The notes under the pieces are model-generated. The model did no database searches, was not told where the DNA came from, and was given only the letters and a program-made list of their open reading frames with translations. A stretch of DNA of 63,523 nucleotides, the filler included, from Octopus bimaculoides (taxonomy: Eukaryota): the NCBI RefSeq assembly GCF_001194135.2. It is 9 parts of 9 records of this genome, joined end to end, with 100 filler letters (N's around TTAATTAATTAA, not from the genome) between each part and the next. Parts side by side here need not be neighbours in the genome. Positions count along the whole stretch, not along the records: positions 14,179 to 26,077 come from NC_068991.1; positions 26,178 to 34,547 come from NC_068982.1; positions 34,648 to 39,382 come from NC_069002.1; 6 more parts are not named here. The stretch is one strand, 5' to 3'. Shown piece after piece: positions 23,689 to 36,635 of the stretch. A program made the translations under genes and the position numbers. Within the stretch, counting starts at the first letter, position 1. The number at the start of each line of letters is the position of its first letter.

Positions 23689-23939
23689 CGGCCCCAAGAA
23701 AATCTAAGCTAATAGCACTAGATTCTTTGGAAGAAAGCAAGCAAATATATAGGAAAACAAGGATGAAAAATACGGAGAAATGGTACATACCCAACTGACT
23801 AGTTTCAAAATATGGGAATTTGAATTTTATTTCTGTAATTCAATTCATTGGGTGTGGAAACAGCTGTAGGCAGGAATTTCTCTATAAGAATTTGAATAAA
23901 TAATGTCTGAACATCAATTTTTTTCTATTTTCTTCATTT

Positions 23940-23970
<31 letters not shown>

Positions 23971-24004
23971 NNNNNNNNNNNNNNNNNNNNNNNNNNNNTA
24001 TATA

Positions 24005-26080
24005 TGCATATATGGGTACAGGGCATCACTTCTTGCAGAGAAATATAAGGTAATCAAGGTAGCCAGAATATGCGATAGAATACTTAAGATTAGATTAGTC
24101 CTTCACCATGGGTTAGCAACCATTATCTCGGCCTATGCCCCTCAGCCTGGGCTACCCTATGGACAGAAAGACCGATTTTATGACACCCTCTTGCATACTA
24201 CTTCATCAACGAATGACAGGGACCTTCTCTTTGTGGCTGGTGACTTCAATGGTCATGTTGGACAACATTCAGGGGACTTCCATGGCGTACATGGAGGCTA
24301 TGGTTTTGGCTCCCACAATGAGGAGAGAACCAGGCTGCTGGAGTTCTGTGATGCAAATGATCTTATGGTTTGCAATACTAACTCCAGGAAACCTGCCAGT
24401 CAACTAGAAACCTACCGTTCTGGCAGACACACTAGCCAAATTGACTACATCCTCGCCAGGAAAAGGGAAAGATGGCTGCTTATAAATGCCAAAACCTTGT
24501 AGAAGACAACTGGAAGTTTCTATGGGACAACCTGCTGAGGGTCACTGACCAGATCTGTGGATGGTGCAAAGTCCCCTCTCAACCCAAAATAACGTGGTGG
24601 TGGAACAATGTTGTTGACAGGGCTATTAGACAAAAAAAACAGGCTTGGAAGGACTGGAAGAACGGTGGTAGCAGGAAATTGTATCAGACTGCCAGAAGGG
24701 AAGCTAGGCGACAGGTTTATTTAGCCAGAGGGGAAGCAGATAAGAAAAAATTTGCCAATGTTCTACGCCGTGAGGACCAAAGACTTGAGGTATTTCATGT
24801 TGCAAGACAGTGTGTCGGAGAGAATCATGATGTCGTGGGAGAGAAATGTGTTCATATGGATGATGGTACACTTGCACTAAATGAGGCTGCAAAGAAAGAG
24901 GTTTGGAGAGGCCACTACAAAAGGCTGCTCAATAAAGGGAATGAATGGGAGAAAGAGAGTCTGCCGAATGTCGACCCAACAGAGGGACCAGGTATCCGAG
25001 TTGACAGTATCATGGTAGATAAAGCAATTAAGAGTATGAAGACAGGGAAAGCCCCCGGCCCATCAGGAATCACTGCAGAGATGCTCAAAATATATGGCAG
25101 TGTTGGCTATAGCCTAGTCACCCATATTGTTAAACAGGTGATACACGAAGGAGTCATACCCAATGACTGGTGCAGCAGCACCATAGTCAATTGCTACAAA
25201 CGTAAAGGTGACTCTTTAGATACAAATAATTACAGANNNNNNNNNNAGTCAAAGATAAACCTCTGTACCTGGCTTTCGTTGACATGGAGAAAGCCTTTGA
25301 CAGGGTCCCTCGATCCCTGATCTGGTGGTCAATGAGGAAACTAGGGATTAGGGAGAGAGACAGTTTAGATGAGATGCAGTTTGGGTTCATGCCAGGGAAA
25401 AGCACCACTGATGCTATATTTCTGGTAAGACAGCTGCAGGAGAAATACCTAGTCAAAGATAAACCTCTGTACCTGGCTTTCGTTGACATGGAGAAAGCCT
25501 TTGACAGGGTCCCTCGATCCCTGATCTGGTTGTCAATGAGGAAACTAGGGATAGAAGAATGGTTAGTGTGAGCTGTGCGAGCCATGTACAGAGACGCTGT
25601 CAGTAAGGTGAGGGTTGGCAATGAGTACAGTGAAGAATTCCAGGTAGAGGTAGGGGTCCACCAAGGTTCAGTCCTAATCCCCACTCTTATTTATAATAGT
25701 CCTCCAGGCAATAACACAGGATGCCCCTTGGAGCTCCTCTATGCTGATGACCTTGCACTAATTACTGAGTCACTATCAGAACTAGAGGAGAAGTTTCAGG
25801 TGTGGAAGCAAGGACTAGAATCGAAGGGCCTTAGAGACAACCAAGCTAAAACCAAAGTCCTAATAAGTAGAAAGGTAGAAAAAACACAAACCCCTTCAGG
25901 TAGATGGCCCTGCTCGGTCTGTAGAAAAGGTGTAGGTAGAAACTCTATAAGATGTACCCAGTGCAAGCTATGGACACATAAGAGGTGCAGCAATATCAAA
26001 GGAAGGTTAACTAGGAGGTTAGTTTCTGTATGTGGCAGATGTTCAGGTGCAATAAACACTGTAAACAAACAGGAAACNNN
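24005..26080 (+). mobile_element. RTE LINE with AP endonuclease and RT (5'-truncated, frameshifted)
   Basis: APE motifs IISAYAPQ, LFVAGDFNGHVG and SQIDYIL; RT motifs KAPGPSGIT, MQFGFMPGKSTTDAIF, VHQGSVL and LYADDL. Confidence 0.93.
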
Positions 26081-27239
26081 NNNNNNNNNNNNNNNNNNNN
26101 NNNNNNNNNNNNNNNNNNNNNTTAATTAATTAANNNNNNNNNNNNNNNNNNNNNNNNNNNNNNNNNNNNNNNNNNNNGTATATGGAGGACAAGAATGGAA
26201 GGTATCGTGACAGGGTCCTACATATCCGGCCCTGGATTGCTGTCCTACTTCAGATATCATCTGAAGAGCAAGATAGGGCTGGAAAAGAGAACCCTGTCAG
26301 CGAAAGTATATAAACGGAGATGGAAGGAAGTAGTGAAAAAGGTGGGTGTAAGTCACCCAAACTAATCATTGAGAAAATAAAAGGCAAACTGCTGGGCCTT
26401 ATAGGCTGCCGAGTTGAAAAACCCAATCTCCCTTTTTAATAGACATACATGTGTGTAGGTGTATGTGTGGGTATGTATGTGTGTGTGTATGTATGTATAT
26501 ATGTGTATATATGTATATATTTATATAGATATATATATGTGTGTGGGTATGTATGTATGTATGTATATATGTGTATATATATGTATATATTTATATAGAT
26601 ATATATATGTGTGTGGGTATGTATGCATATGTATGTCTGAATATTCAAAAGGAAATAAAAGTAAGTCATCGTTATAAGAATTTCAAATTGTAAATTTTAT
26701 ATAAAGACATCGTAAAAATTTTTTAAAACTTATAAGAACTCATACATTTTGTCTATCTGTCTGTATTGTTTTTGTATGAATCTGTGTATATAGATCCATA
26801 GTGATCATAATAAAAATTTTACACACTTCCTGTTTTGACACCACACTTCCTGCTTAACACATAAACCTTCAGTCCCTTTTCTTTTTTTAAACCTAACACA
26901 ACTCTGAATTTCATGCATCCTTATTTTTCCAACTATTATCTACATGGATTACCATTGAACTTTAAAAGCTCAAAGACAATATAATGTATTGGTATATTTA
27001 TTTTTTTATATATTATTTTTTTTTATATATTATTTTTTACTTTTTTGTAAAAAACATTTTCATTCTCCCTCTTCTTGGAAATTTGCCATGCAATGAAAGC
27101 CGGTTAGAAATCTATATTAAAATATGCTTTCAGTTTAGCATTCTGCCTTATTATTATTTTTCATTTTCCTATTATTTCTCTACGTGCGGTTAACACAACC
27201 CCACTATTTACTGACTTATATATATATATATATATATTT

Positions 27240-27450
27240 GTGTATCTGTGTTTGTCCCCCCACCATTGCTTGACAACTGATGTTGGTGTGCTTACGTACC
27301 CATAACTTAGTGGTTTGGTAAAGGAGACCGATAGAATTAGTATTAATCTTACAAAGAATAAGTTCCAGGGTCGATCTGTTCAACTAAATGCGGTGCTCCA
27401 GCATGGCCGTAGTCAAAATGACTGAAACAAGTAAAAGAATAAAAGAATAC
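27240..27450 (+). mobile_element. SINE family A, 3' half
   Basis: Matches the family A post-microsatellite body and tail. Confidence 0.8.
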
Positions 27451-27859
27451 ACACACACATGAAATCATTCAGTTTCTTATCTCCTAAATTCACCCAAAAG
27501 GCTTTGGTTGGCCCAAAGCTATGGTAGAAGATGCCCAAGGTGTCATGCAGTGTAATTGAATGCAAGACAAAATGGGTGAGAAGCAAACTTTTTTAATCAC
27601 ACAGCCCTGCCAGTCCCTATACTTGCTACACTTCATCAAAAAGCTGATTGCTGGAACTGATGAGGTAGCTGGACAAACTAAATGTAATTTATGAAAAAGA
27701 AAATTGTCAGATGTTTGCAAAGATCAGAAAGTTGATTCCATTGAAGACTCAAATAGAGACTGAAAAATAAGGCAGGCACCAAACTCCATGAGTTTATGAA
27801 AGATAAAGTTCTCCTCATTCTACAGCCAGTCTCCAATTACAACCAGTTCCAGTCAACAT

Positions 27860-27975
27860 AATCATCATTTAGCGCCTGCTTTCCATGCTGGTATGGCTTA
27901 GACGATTTGACTGAAACTAGTAAGCCGCAGGGCTACACCCGGTTCCAATCTGATTAGGCGTGGTTTCTACAGCTG
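27860..27975 (-). mobile_element. RTE 3' tail fragment
   Basis: Reverse complement of the RTE terminus (catcatttagcgcctgctttccatgctgg...). Confidence 0.65.
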
Positions 27976-28904
27976 CAGCTGGACACAATTCCAAAAACAA
28001 ACAACTCCAAGAGTGTAATGGGTGCTTTTTATGTGCTACTGACATCGGCAATGACTATGATTTCACTTGGCTCGACGGGTCTTCTCAAAATATTAATTAT
28101 AAATAATTTGAAAGATAATAAAGTGTAAATGGGACCTTTCTGGAATGCTTTTGGTCAGAACAAACAGTGAAGAATGCATTTTTGGTTCTTATTTATGGAT
28201 CTGAGCCAAAGCAAGGCGTATGCACTGCCAGAAATAAAAATAACAAACACTAATGCAAGTCCATATCTACTCTGAAACCCACTGGAAGCACTAGATTTTC
28301 AAGAACCATACAAAACAAGTCCCTCATTTCTTCTGAAGACAAAATGAAAACATTTAACTACAAAAGTACCAAAAAGTGCAACTGTAAAAAATAAATTCAG
28401 TGGTTGCTTAGATAATCTGCCACCTCATTTGGGGACAGTGGGTTGCCAGAAACAATAAGTACCTATAATGTACAGGTTTGAATTAATCAACAATAAGCCT
28501 CTACAAACCCTTTACACATCATCAAAAGAAACCAGAATCCATCTAGCAGATATGAATATAATATTGAGGCACAACGAATAAGATTTACTGTATTATAGGC
28601 TTTTAGAAAGTTCGTCCATAAGACTTTACACCCGTCTCACGAGACGGGTATAATAGTAAACATTTATCAGTTATAATAGTAGATTGTAAAATATACTATG
28701 TAAATAATTTTGGGGGAAACAAATGCCCGATTCGAACCGTTATCTTTCCTTTAAATCGGATGACACATTATAAAAATTACTTTATAAACAATGGACAATC
28801 TACGTGTTACTTCGGTCTTTTAATGGTGAGATAAAGTTCATGGCACATATAACATTAATAAATAATGAAATACAACTAATTATAAGCTATAACATTTATA
28901 TTAC

Positions 28905-28936
28905 CTGTTGACTTCTGCTATTTCTTTAATCTCCAT
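28905..28936 (-). CDS. Candidate first coding exon of an unidentified gene (MEIKEIAEVN + AG)
   Basis: ATG in acgATGG context, 32 nt, then donor CAG|gtaata. TATATAAG lies about 45 nt upstream in locally CpG-rich unique DNA. No homology recognised. Confidence 0.4.
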
Positions 28937-28979
28937 CGTCGATAATTTAAACCTGGCGCCAGCAACAACACCGAGGCCG

Positions 28980-28987
28980 CTTATATA
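28980..28987 (-). promoter_or_regulatory. Candidate TATA box
   Basis: TATATAAG on the minus strand, upstream of the candidate first exon. Confidence 0.3.
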
Positions 28988-30016
28988 CTTTCTAAACAAA
29001 AACACTGACTTTCTCGCTGGTCAAAGCGAGCAAAATTATTTTTAAGCTTCATTTCATTTTTTATGTATGTATTTTAAACTTCCTATCGTATTTCTAATTT
29101 ATAGTTTCAGTTAAAAGGAGAAAGTAAGGATTATTCAAAGAAATTAAAGTTTTTATCGTCTTCCCTCATTCCTTCAGCTGTCGCTTACGTAAAGGAAGGA
29201 TAATCAATTCTGCTTCTGTCTTTACCTCTGGGCTTTCTATCCCAACAGTAAATATACACTGATCGAATTTATCGATTATATTCTCTATTACTTACAAAAA
29301 CAAAAGTCTCAGGCTTAGATAGAATAATATGACTGTAGCAATAAAGGCTGCCGAATAGTGTTAAGCTTTCTGCGAACCAAGTTTTCGACTCGATATTGAT
29401 TCTTGATTTTGGTTACTTTGATTATATCATGAATAACCTTGAGAAATATCTGGGCAATTTTTCGGTTTAGCATTCTAAAATGAAAGTGAAGATTTATTGT
29501 AAGTAATGAGCATTAAAAGATTGAAATTTGAAAAGAATATTTTTTGGTTAATGTTTACTATTACACATATTTCGTGAGACTTGTGTGATCACTGATTGGC
29601 AGACTTTCGAAATATCCGTCCGTCATAGAGAAAAAGGACAAGGAATTGGGTGGTTATTTTCTTCGGCCAAAAATTGTTATTGTTCATAAAATAGAATATT
29701 TTTGTAACCTTTCACCCCCAATTCCATGGTCTTTTTCAGTTACCTTTTACTATTACACCCGTCTAACATTTTTTTTTTTTTTGAGAAGAACTGGCTTAAT
29801 AATTTATCTCTTTATATGAAGTTATAACTTTTTTTAGGAAAAAAAATTAATATTTATTTACATGAAAAATTACTGGAGAACTTTCATCTAATTCTTCCAA
29901 ATCTTTCTGTTAAAACTATTGAAACAATTTGTGGGGAATTTCTTTTATCACAGCAACTGGTTACACACCACAAGGTTTAACGGAACCTACTGAAGCGAGC
30001 CAACACACTCACAGCA

Positions 30017-30505
30017 TTACCACAGGCAAGTGGTGAGGCTAGGGCATTGGGAAAGCCAAGTGCCCTCATGGGCATGACCCGACACCTCAGTGGGGCAAGC
30101 TGCCAACGTTGACAAGAACTTCGTGGTTAGTGGCCCAGTCTCTCCAAACATTTCAAATGCCACAGATTGGAAGTAATAGTTCACTGTCAGGTCCCAATAC
30201 TTTAGAGTTTTCTTCTGTTTAGTTACAGAAGCAGTGATTCTCCTATTAACTGTAGCATCTAGGATGTGGGAGGGAACAAAGGAGTCGCAGACTGTAGCAT
30301 CCCAAATGAGGCACCTACCTCTAACCCAGGGACAGAGGGTAAGACCATCTAGTCTCTTTCCATCACTTCTGGATAACCCCAACAGCTCCAGAACTGAAAG
30401 GATATTAATCTTATCCAGGGCCCGCTTAATGATTAGGTTTAGCTCCCGACCCCTCCAGATGATCACCTATACTGGCCTGACCCACCAAGTTTTCTTCAAC
30501 CCATC
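30017..30505 (-). mobile_element. CRE-clade non-LTR retrotransposon, restriction-like endonuclease fragment
   Basis: LSRSDGKRLDGLTLCPWVRGRCLIWDATVCDSF...KYWDL...VAFEMFG matches the CRE-type DGKRPDG..PW..G..WD motif. Confidence 0.85.
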
Positions 30506-30509
30506 TTCA

Positions 30510-31253
30510 CCCCTGACAATGTAAGGAGGGTAACTGCCTCTTTCCCAGCAGGTTCTGGCACTGGGATCAATGGCTTACAACCTCAGCATCTCAAGGATGG
30601 TATCTCCCTGCTCTTGGAGAACCTAACACAGTTCATAAACTTGTTCTCATCTGAGAGTGTCCTTGCCTACATTCGTCCCCTGTTCTTGGGGCCAAACTAT
30701 TTGGTCTCACCAAGCCCAACGGTGACCTCTACCCCATAACGGTTGTACTGTGCGATGGCTCAAAGCAAAAATGTGCTTGTCCTCAGTTTCTAACTACCTG
30801 TCTGAGGAATTTTCCCCTATGCAGCTAGGAATGGGTACTGAGCTAGGTTGTGAGGCTGCTGCTCATGCCACCAAGGCTTTCACCAACTTGCTCTTTGAGT
30901 CCCCAAAGGCCGTCCTCAAACTAGACCTTAAGAATGCTTTTAATTCCATCAGTCAAGACATCATCCTCCATGCAGTAAGGGAGAATTCCCCATCACTTTA
31001 TCACTTAGCTTGGCAAGCCTATCGGGAGCCCTCCCACCTCTTGTTTGGTGACCACCTCATCCCATCTGCCTCTGGAGTCCAACAGGGTTATCCACTTGGT
31101 CCTGCCCTATTCACACTGGGTATTGATGATTTTACCAAGATGGGAGTTGACCTAGACCTAAATGTCTGGTACCTTGATGATGTTCGTTTAAGAGGTTTTC
31201 CTGACAAGGTGCTTGCAACTGTGAGGAAGATGAACTTGGTTGTAGAGGTCTAA
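30510..31253 (+). mobile_element. CRE-clade RT fragment, inverted relative to the adjacent endonuclease piece
   Basis: PMQLGMGTELGCEAAAHA...LKLDLKNAFNSI...SASGVQQGYPLGPALF...VWYLDD. Confidence 0.88.
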
Positions 31254-32169
31254 CAAGTTGGGTGGTATAACATATAAATACCATTTTATTTTGTTAGTAT
31301 TGTTATTGCTGTGTTAGTTTTCAAAGTGGAATCCAAAAGGTATAAAAAAAATTGAGAATGGGTGAATATGAAATATTTGAAAAGCAATTCCTTTTCCCCA
31401 CAAAAATTATAATTCTCATTGTTGAAAGAAAAAATAAGTTGGGGTGCTTATTTCAACATCTGTTGGGTAAATACTGTTGATATTTCCACTTTTGTTTGTT
31501 GATTACAGACCAAATTAACGTCATGAATATCATTCAATCTCCTTTTTTTTCCTCACCTGCGTGGATCATAAATCTAGTGACTGTATTGGAATACAATATA
31601 CTAGAGTTAACATTGTTCTTGCTTCCCCTGCCCCCCACATAAGGCCCTGCACTTACCCTTATATGCAGTCTTTCCTTCCCACAACATTAGCCTTTTAGAA
31701 TTCCTTCCCTGCATAAATTTTCCCTGCAACCATTGACTTGCAGCATTCCAACTAGAACCATTTCACTGGTCTCACAGAGGCTATGGACACAACCCCTTCC
31801 CCCAAAGCAAACTAATGAAAGGAAAAAAAAATCTTGATAAGACTACAAACTCAAAACCGTTTGGCTGAGCTTAGAAGTGGTGGTGGTGGAGGTGAGAATA
31901 CTTTATTCATTTAGTCATAGCAACTCTCACCACAAATGTAATTAGCAGTAATGAATTAATGAATACAAATGTGTGTACATGTCAAGAATATTTACAGATT
32001 TGATTACCTTGGTTTAGTTACATTTTTGTCTGACAGCTATTTATATGTCCAAAATTAATTTTATATTGACTTGTATCTGTCGTTAAAACCTCCAAAATGA
32101 TGTCAAAATAAAATAAAATCTTTTTAATATGGCTTCTAAATGTTTAGCAGAATTTGCAGTTAAAAATCC

Positions 32170-33000
32170 AAGTGTTACTTGAGAGGATTAGAACATGAAT
32201 GCATCTACCTTGATCTCTTAGTCAAAACCAAGTGGGGAGCCACAGCATATTTATTAAGATCTACTACTCTGGCCTTGTGCCATTTCTCTACAGAGTATGT
32301 ATGCACTATCAGGGAGAGATCAACCTATGTCAAGAAACTTGGCCCAGAATTGAACAACGCCTACTGCCTGACCTCTGGTGACATGAAACCCACTGACTCA
32401 AACAACCTGCACCTCCTTGCTGGCATTGCCCCAAATGGAGATCCACAACACACATATTAAGCTATCTGACAGGAAATGGCCAGTTGAGACAAGATGACAA
32501 AGGCTACTAGTGATGGATGCCAGCTCTTCCATGGTGGTCAAACACTGGCCCAACAACAGGAGCCAAGAAGAAGCTTCCTCATCCATGTTCACCTAACAAC
32601 ATCTCAGGAAGAAACTATACTCCAGCTCTGAATGGAAAAACTTGGGAGCAAACCGCACTCTGACTGACATGGAAATCCCCACCCTCTGCTGAAGACCTCT
32701 CTCCTGGCCCAGAAGCATCATAGATTCAGTGGAAAACACTCAACTACATGAGAAGAACAGGACAATCAAAAGTTGCTTTGGTCAGATGTGGCTACAAGAC
32801 CAGCCCAATCAATGCTGAATGTGAAGAAGCAGGCCATAATATGGAGCACTGCCTTGTCTGCCGACACTACCCAACTCCTGCAACTCGAAAGAGATTTTGC
32901 AGAGTTCAATAAAAATGCAAAGAACTGTATAAAGAAATAGGAAGCTGTCATATAACCACTACACTTCAAAGAATCAAAAGAAGAATAAAATGAAATAAAA
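32170..33000 (+). mobile_element. Ingi/Vingi-like (I-group) non-LTR 3' fragment
   Basis: KWGATAYLLRSTTLALCHFSTEY...ELNNAYCLTSGDMKPT...LLAGIAP, a C-terminal Cys/His motif and an A-rich tail. Clade assigned from motif memory. Confidence 0.6.
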
Positions 33001-33429
33001 TAAACTAACTACCTAAATGAACAAAACTAAAAGAACAAACAATAAAGGTAACCATGGTAGTTATTAATAACTTGTCTAAAAATTACATTTATTTAGAACA
33101 AGCTGTTGTGTTTATTGAAAGACTAGCATGCAATTAGAAACAATGAATTCCTTTGAACAACAACAACAACAACAATAATGTAGATAATAAGTCGAAATTA
33201 ATATAAATTAATTAGTGATTGTTTGTATATTAGCATCTTTTGATGGTGTATTCAATTATTCCTTTATTCCATCATACATACACTTATTCCTTTATTCATT
33301 AATTCATATTCATTCATCTCTTCATTTAATCTCCTAGAAGAAGGAGGAGGAGGAGGGGGGAGGAATATAAACCTGATCACTGGAAATGATCAAAACTTTT
33401 ACTGGTCGTTTCCACTGAGGTTATTGTCT

Positions 33430-33960
33430 GGCTACTGATTGCTGATTCTCTCTCACTCTCTCTCCCTCCCTCCCTCTCGTTATTTCTTTCCTTCTCTTTA
33501 TCTCTCTCTTTTTTCCATCTCTTTCCTTCTCTTTCAAACTTGCTGTCCTCCTTTTCTTTCTCTATTATTCTCTGGCTCCCTCACCACTGTCCCCACTCTC
33601 TCTCCCCTTCTCCCTTACCCTCTCCTTCTCATCACTCATTTTCTTGTTGACTAATAAAGAATAGAGAATAGCAATAATGACTTTACACAGGAAACAATAC
33701 TACTCTTCATCATCATCATTGTCATCATTAACATCATCGGCATCAGCATCGTCATCATCATCATCATCATCATCCTCATCACTACCACCACCAATACCAC
33801 ATATCCCACCATCACCACTACCAATACCACTATAACCAGTTCTATCACCAACATCACCATAACCATCCCTGCCACTACCACCACTGACACACTAATACCA
33901 ACAACAACAACAACAAACACCATCATCACCACCAGCAACAACAACCATGAATGTAGAATC
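33430..33960. repeat. Low-complexity CT-rich tract plus (CAT)n/(CAC)n/(CAA)n microsatellite
   Basis: Visible directly in the sequence. Confidence 0.9.
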
Positions 33961-34104
33961 AGGTAGACCGAAGTAAGGTGGGTTTTGTGCCTTGGCCAGG
34001 AATACAATACCAATAGCTACAATAAGATTTGAACTTAAATCCATATCATCGCTAGAGTAGCACCTTAACACCTTGAGTTCACCGTGTCTCTGATTACATT
34101 TTAT

Positions 34105-34345
34105 CTTTCATCTGTTATTGTTTCAGCCATTAGACTGCGGCTATGCTGGGGCACCACCTTGAAGAATCTTTAGTTAAATGAACCAACCCTAGGACTTTGT
34201 ACTTTTTTTTCTTTTAAGCCTGGTATTTATTCTATAGGTCACTTTGCTGAACCACAAAGTTATGGGTACATAAACACGCCAACAACAGTTGTCAAGCAGT
34301 GGTGAGGGACATACACACACACACACACATACATACAAGGGTGAG
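34105..34345 (-). mobile_element. SINE family A, 3' half (diverged)
   Basis: Reverse complement of the family A tail. A similar shorter piece lies at 36125-36260. Confidence 0.75.
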
Positions 34346-34877
34346 GACACTAATGCAAAGCAAGGTGGAAAAATAGTACTTGAATATCGTAGGTAGAGTA
34401 ATATGCTTCTAGTAAAGCTGCAAAAATCTACATAAATTGTTACTGACAGTTTCACGTGACTGCTTGTTAGACAGTTGTAATCATTCTCTCTCTCTCTCTC
34501 TGTATATATATATATATATACTTTATTTAAAAGCAGCAGAAATATAANNNNNNNNNNNNNNNNNNNNNNNNNNNNNNNNNNNNNNNNNNNNTTAATTAAT
34601 TAANNNNNNNNNNNNNNNNNNNNNNNNNNNNNNNNNNNNNNNNNNNNGAAATCATTTATAGATTGTATGTACAAAAATATTCAGTTGGAAAATCTTAAGC
34701 TTTTAAAGAAAAGAAAAAGAAAAGACTCCATCTTTTTCCTCTTAGTTTAGTTTTATTATTTAAAAAAATAATTACATAAAAAAACAGAAAGAGGAGCTTC
34801 AGATAGTATTTAACAATGCTTGAAGAAGTTGAATTGAGTTAAAACAAAAAAAAGAGGAGAGTATGTTGAAGTTATAC

Positions 34878-34948
34878 CAGACTGCACAGTGGTAAATAGG
34901 CAATGTTGATAATGGTGCCATCAACGTCAGAGGAAAGAAGAAATTTAG
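34878..34948 (-). CDS. Candidate internal exon (unidentified gene)
   Basis: tttcag|CT AAA TTT...CTG|gtataa gives (A)KFLLSSDVDGTIINIAYLPLCSL, phase 1 to 0. It is phase-compatible with 35480-35531. Confidence 0.25.
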
Positions 34949-35479
34949 CTGAAAGTTGGAAATGTTTTAGTTGGAATAGATTTAATAGGTTAGACCTGTA
35001 GTATTGGTGAAAATTATAATCACGTTTGGTGATGGCATCATATACAAATCATGCTATTTGTCCAAATGCACGTGCAACTTCCACCTCTTAACTGTTTTTC
35101 TTTCAAATCAACTCCCAAACTGTTCAGGTAAAAACAAAGTATTTCACTTAAACATTTATATAACAGAACCTTGTAGTTCAGTTGTCTAATGTTACAAAAT
35201 AAAGAGAAAATATACTGTTCTAAAGTTTACATTCATCCCCCTAATAATATACCCTCAATGAAAATGTTTTAACTAATTCTATAACATAGAGAATTAAATT
35301 TGTTCTTTAAGTCCCGGTTTTAGTCGCATGCAGCCATGTTTGGTGGTTTGGTGTCATAAAATTGAATTTTGTCCATTGTAAAGAGCTTAGCTTCCTCTCA
35401 GAAGTAAAACCTCTTTATTGACTCATTTTTACCTCAATGGCAGGATTGCATTGTTTGATCTGGATTTCAGCTGACATAC

Positions 35480-35531
35480 CAGACTGCCCTTCGAACTCCG
35501 AAAGAGAAACTTTATGATCCAAATTGTTAAA
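35480..35531 (-). CDS. Candidate internal exon (unidentified gene)
   Basis: tttatttag|TTT AAC...TCT G|gtatgt gives FNNLDHKVSLSEFEGQS, phase 0 to 1. An alternative donor at 35432 would give a 99-nt exon. Confidence 0.3.
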
Positions 35532-36409
35532 CTAAATAAACCAAGCAAAATGAATGCTTTCAATTAACAATCTACCATTCCGACTAAACAGAACTAAAAG
35601 AGACCATTATAGTAAGTAAAGCTAACCTCAACTTTATGCCACAGAGTCAATCAGACACAGAGTAACAATGTTTCTTTTGAAATTTTGCAGTTAAAAACAA
35701 AAGATGAAACACATGATCAAAAATTCTTGAGTAATGGTAAAAAATATTCCACCTAATCCAAATGTAATTATATATTAACGAAGAGGCACATATGCACACA
35801 CATGTATACCAAAGGGATTAAAGATCCAATATCAATCCAAGATAGATTTTTTTTAAGAAGAACACCATTAAAAAAGAGCTTAGTAAAGCAAGGAGTATCG
35901 TAGAGTACTTTCTGTGTTATAGAGTATGAAGAAATACTCGAACAAAAATTTAAACCAATGTTCATAAAGATTTCCTGGTTGGGGATTAAGCAATACTGAA
36001 TGTTAGAAACCATGAAGTAGTAGGTATCACAAAACAAGGACTTAGTAAGAAATTGTTGAAGATAAACTTTCATAAAATAATGAGACTGGGAAAGAAAAAG
36101 AAAATTATCTTCAACCATTTTGTTTACTTGTTTCTGTCACTGGACTACGACCATGCTGGGGCACCATCTTGAAAGATTTAGTCGAATAAACTGACCCTAG
36201 AATTTATTTTCTTAAAGCCTGGTACTTATTTTATTAATCTCTTTTGCTGAATTGTTGAGTTGCAGAATTACAGGAGAAAAATAAAATCTGTTTCAATGAA
36301 AGTTGAATAAGAATTTTAAAAAAAACCCAACAAAATTGTAATCTTGAAAAATAAATTCCTTATACCATTTTAGAATATGTTCAACTTTTGACCCTAGCGA
36401 ATACTTCTT

Positions 36410-36635
36410 ACATATTGTGCTGAATTCAAATTTTGGCACAAGGCCAGCAAGTATGGGGGAGAGGAGAAGTCAATTCCATCAACCCCAGTGATTGACTGGT
36501 ACTCTTTTTATCAACCCTGAGAGGAAGAAAGGCAAAGTCAACCTTGGCAAAATTTGAACTCAGAATGTGAAGATGAGCAAAATGCTGCTAAGCATTATGC
36601 CCGGTGTGCTAATGACTCTGCCATCTTGCTGCCTT
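36410..36635 (-). mobile_element. SINE family C
   Basis: Contains ttctgagttcaaatt...gactttgcctttc on the minus strand. Paralogues at 37545-37745 and 48205-48370. Confidence 0.75.

Noticed and set aside
25247-25552. ~100-bp duplicated RT segment in the RTE (also 16670-16720)
   Set aside because: Both start exactly at 10-N gaps, so they are most likely scaffolding overlap artefacts.
27650-27685. CTGATGA followed by GGTAGCTGGACAAAC
   Set aside because: No GAAA box and no stem I or III complement; this is expected by chance.
27640-27760. Possible second exons for the MEIKEIAEVN gene (LYLSLQWNQLSDL..., YLISSSNQLFDE)
   Set aside because: The phase fits, but one has no donor before a stop and the other has only a weak donor.
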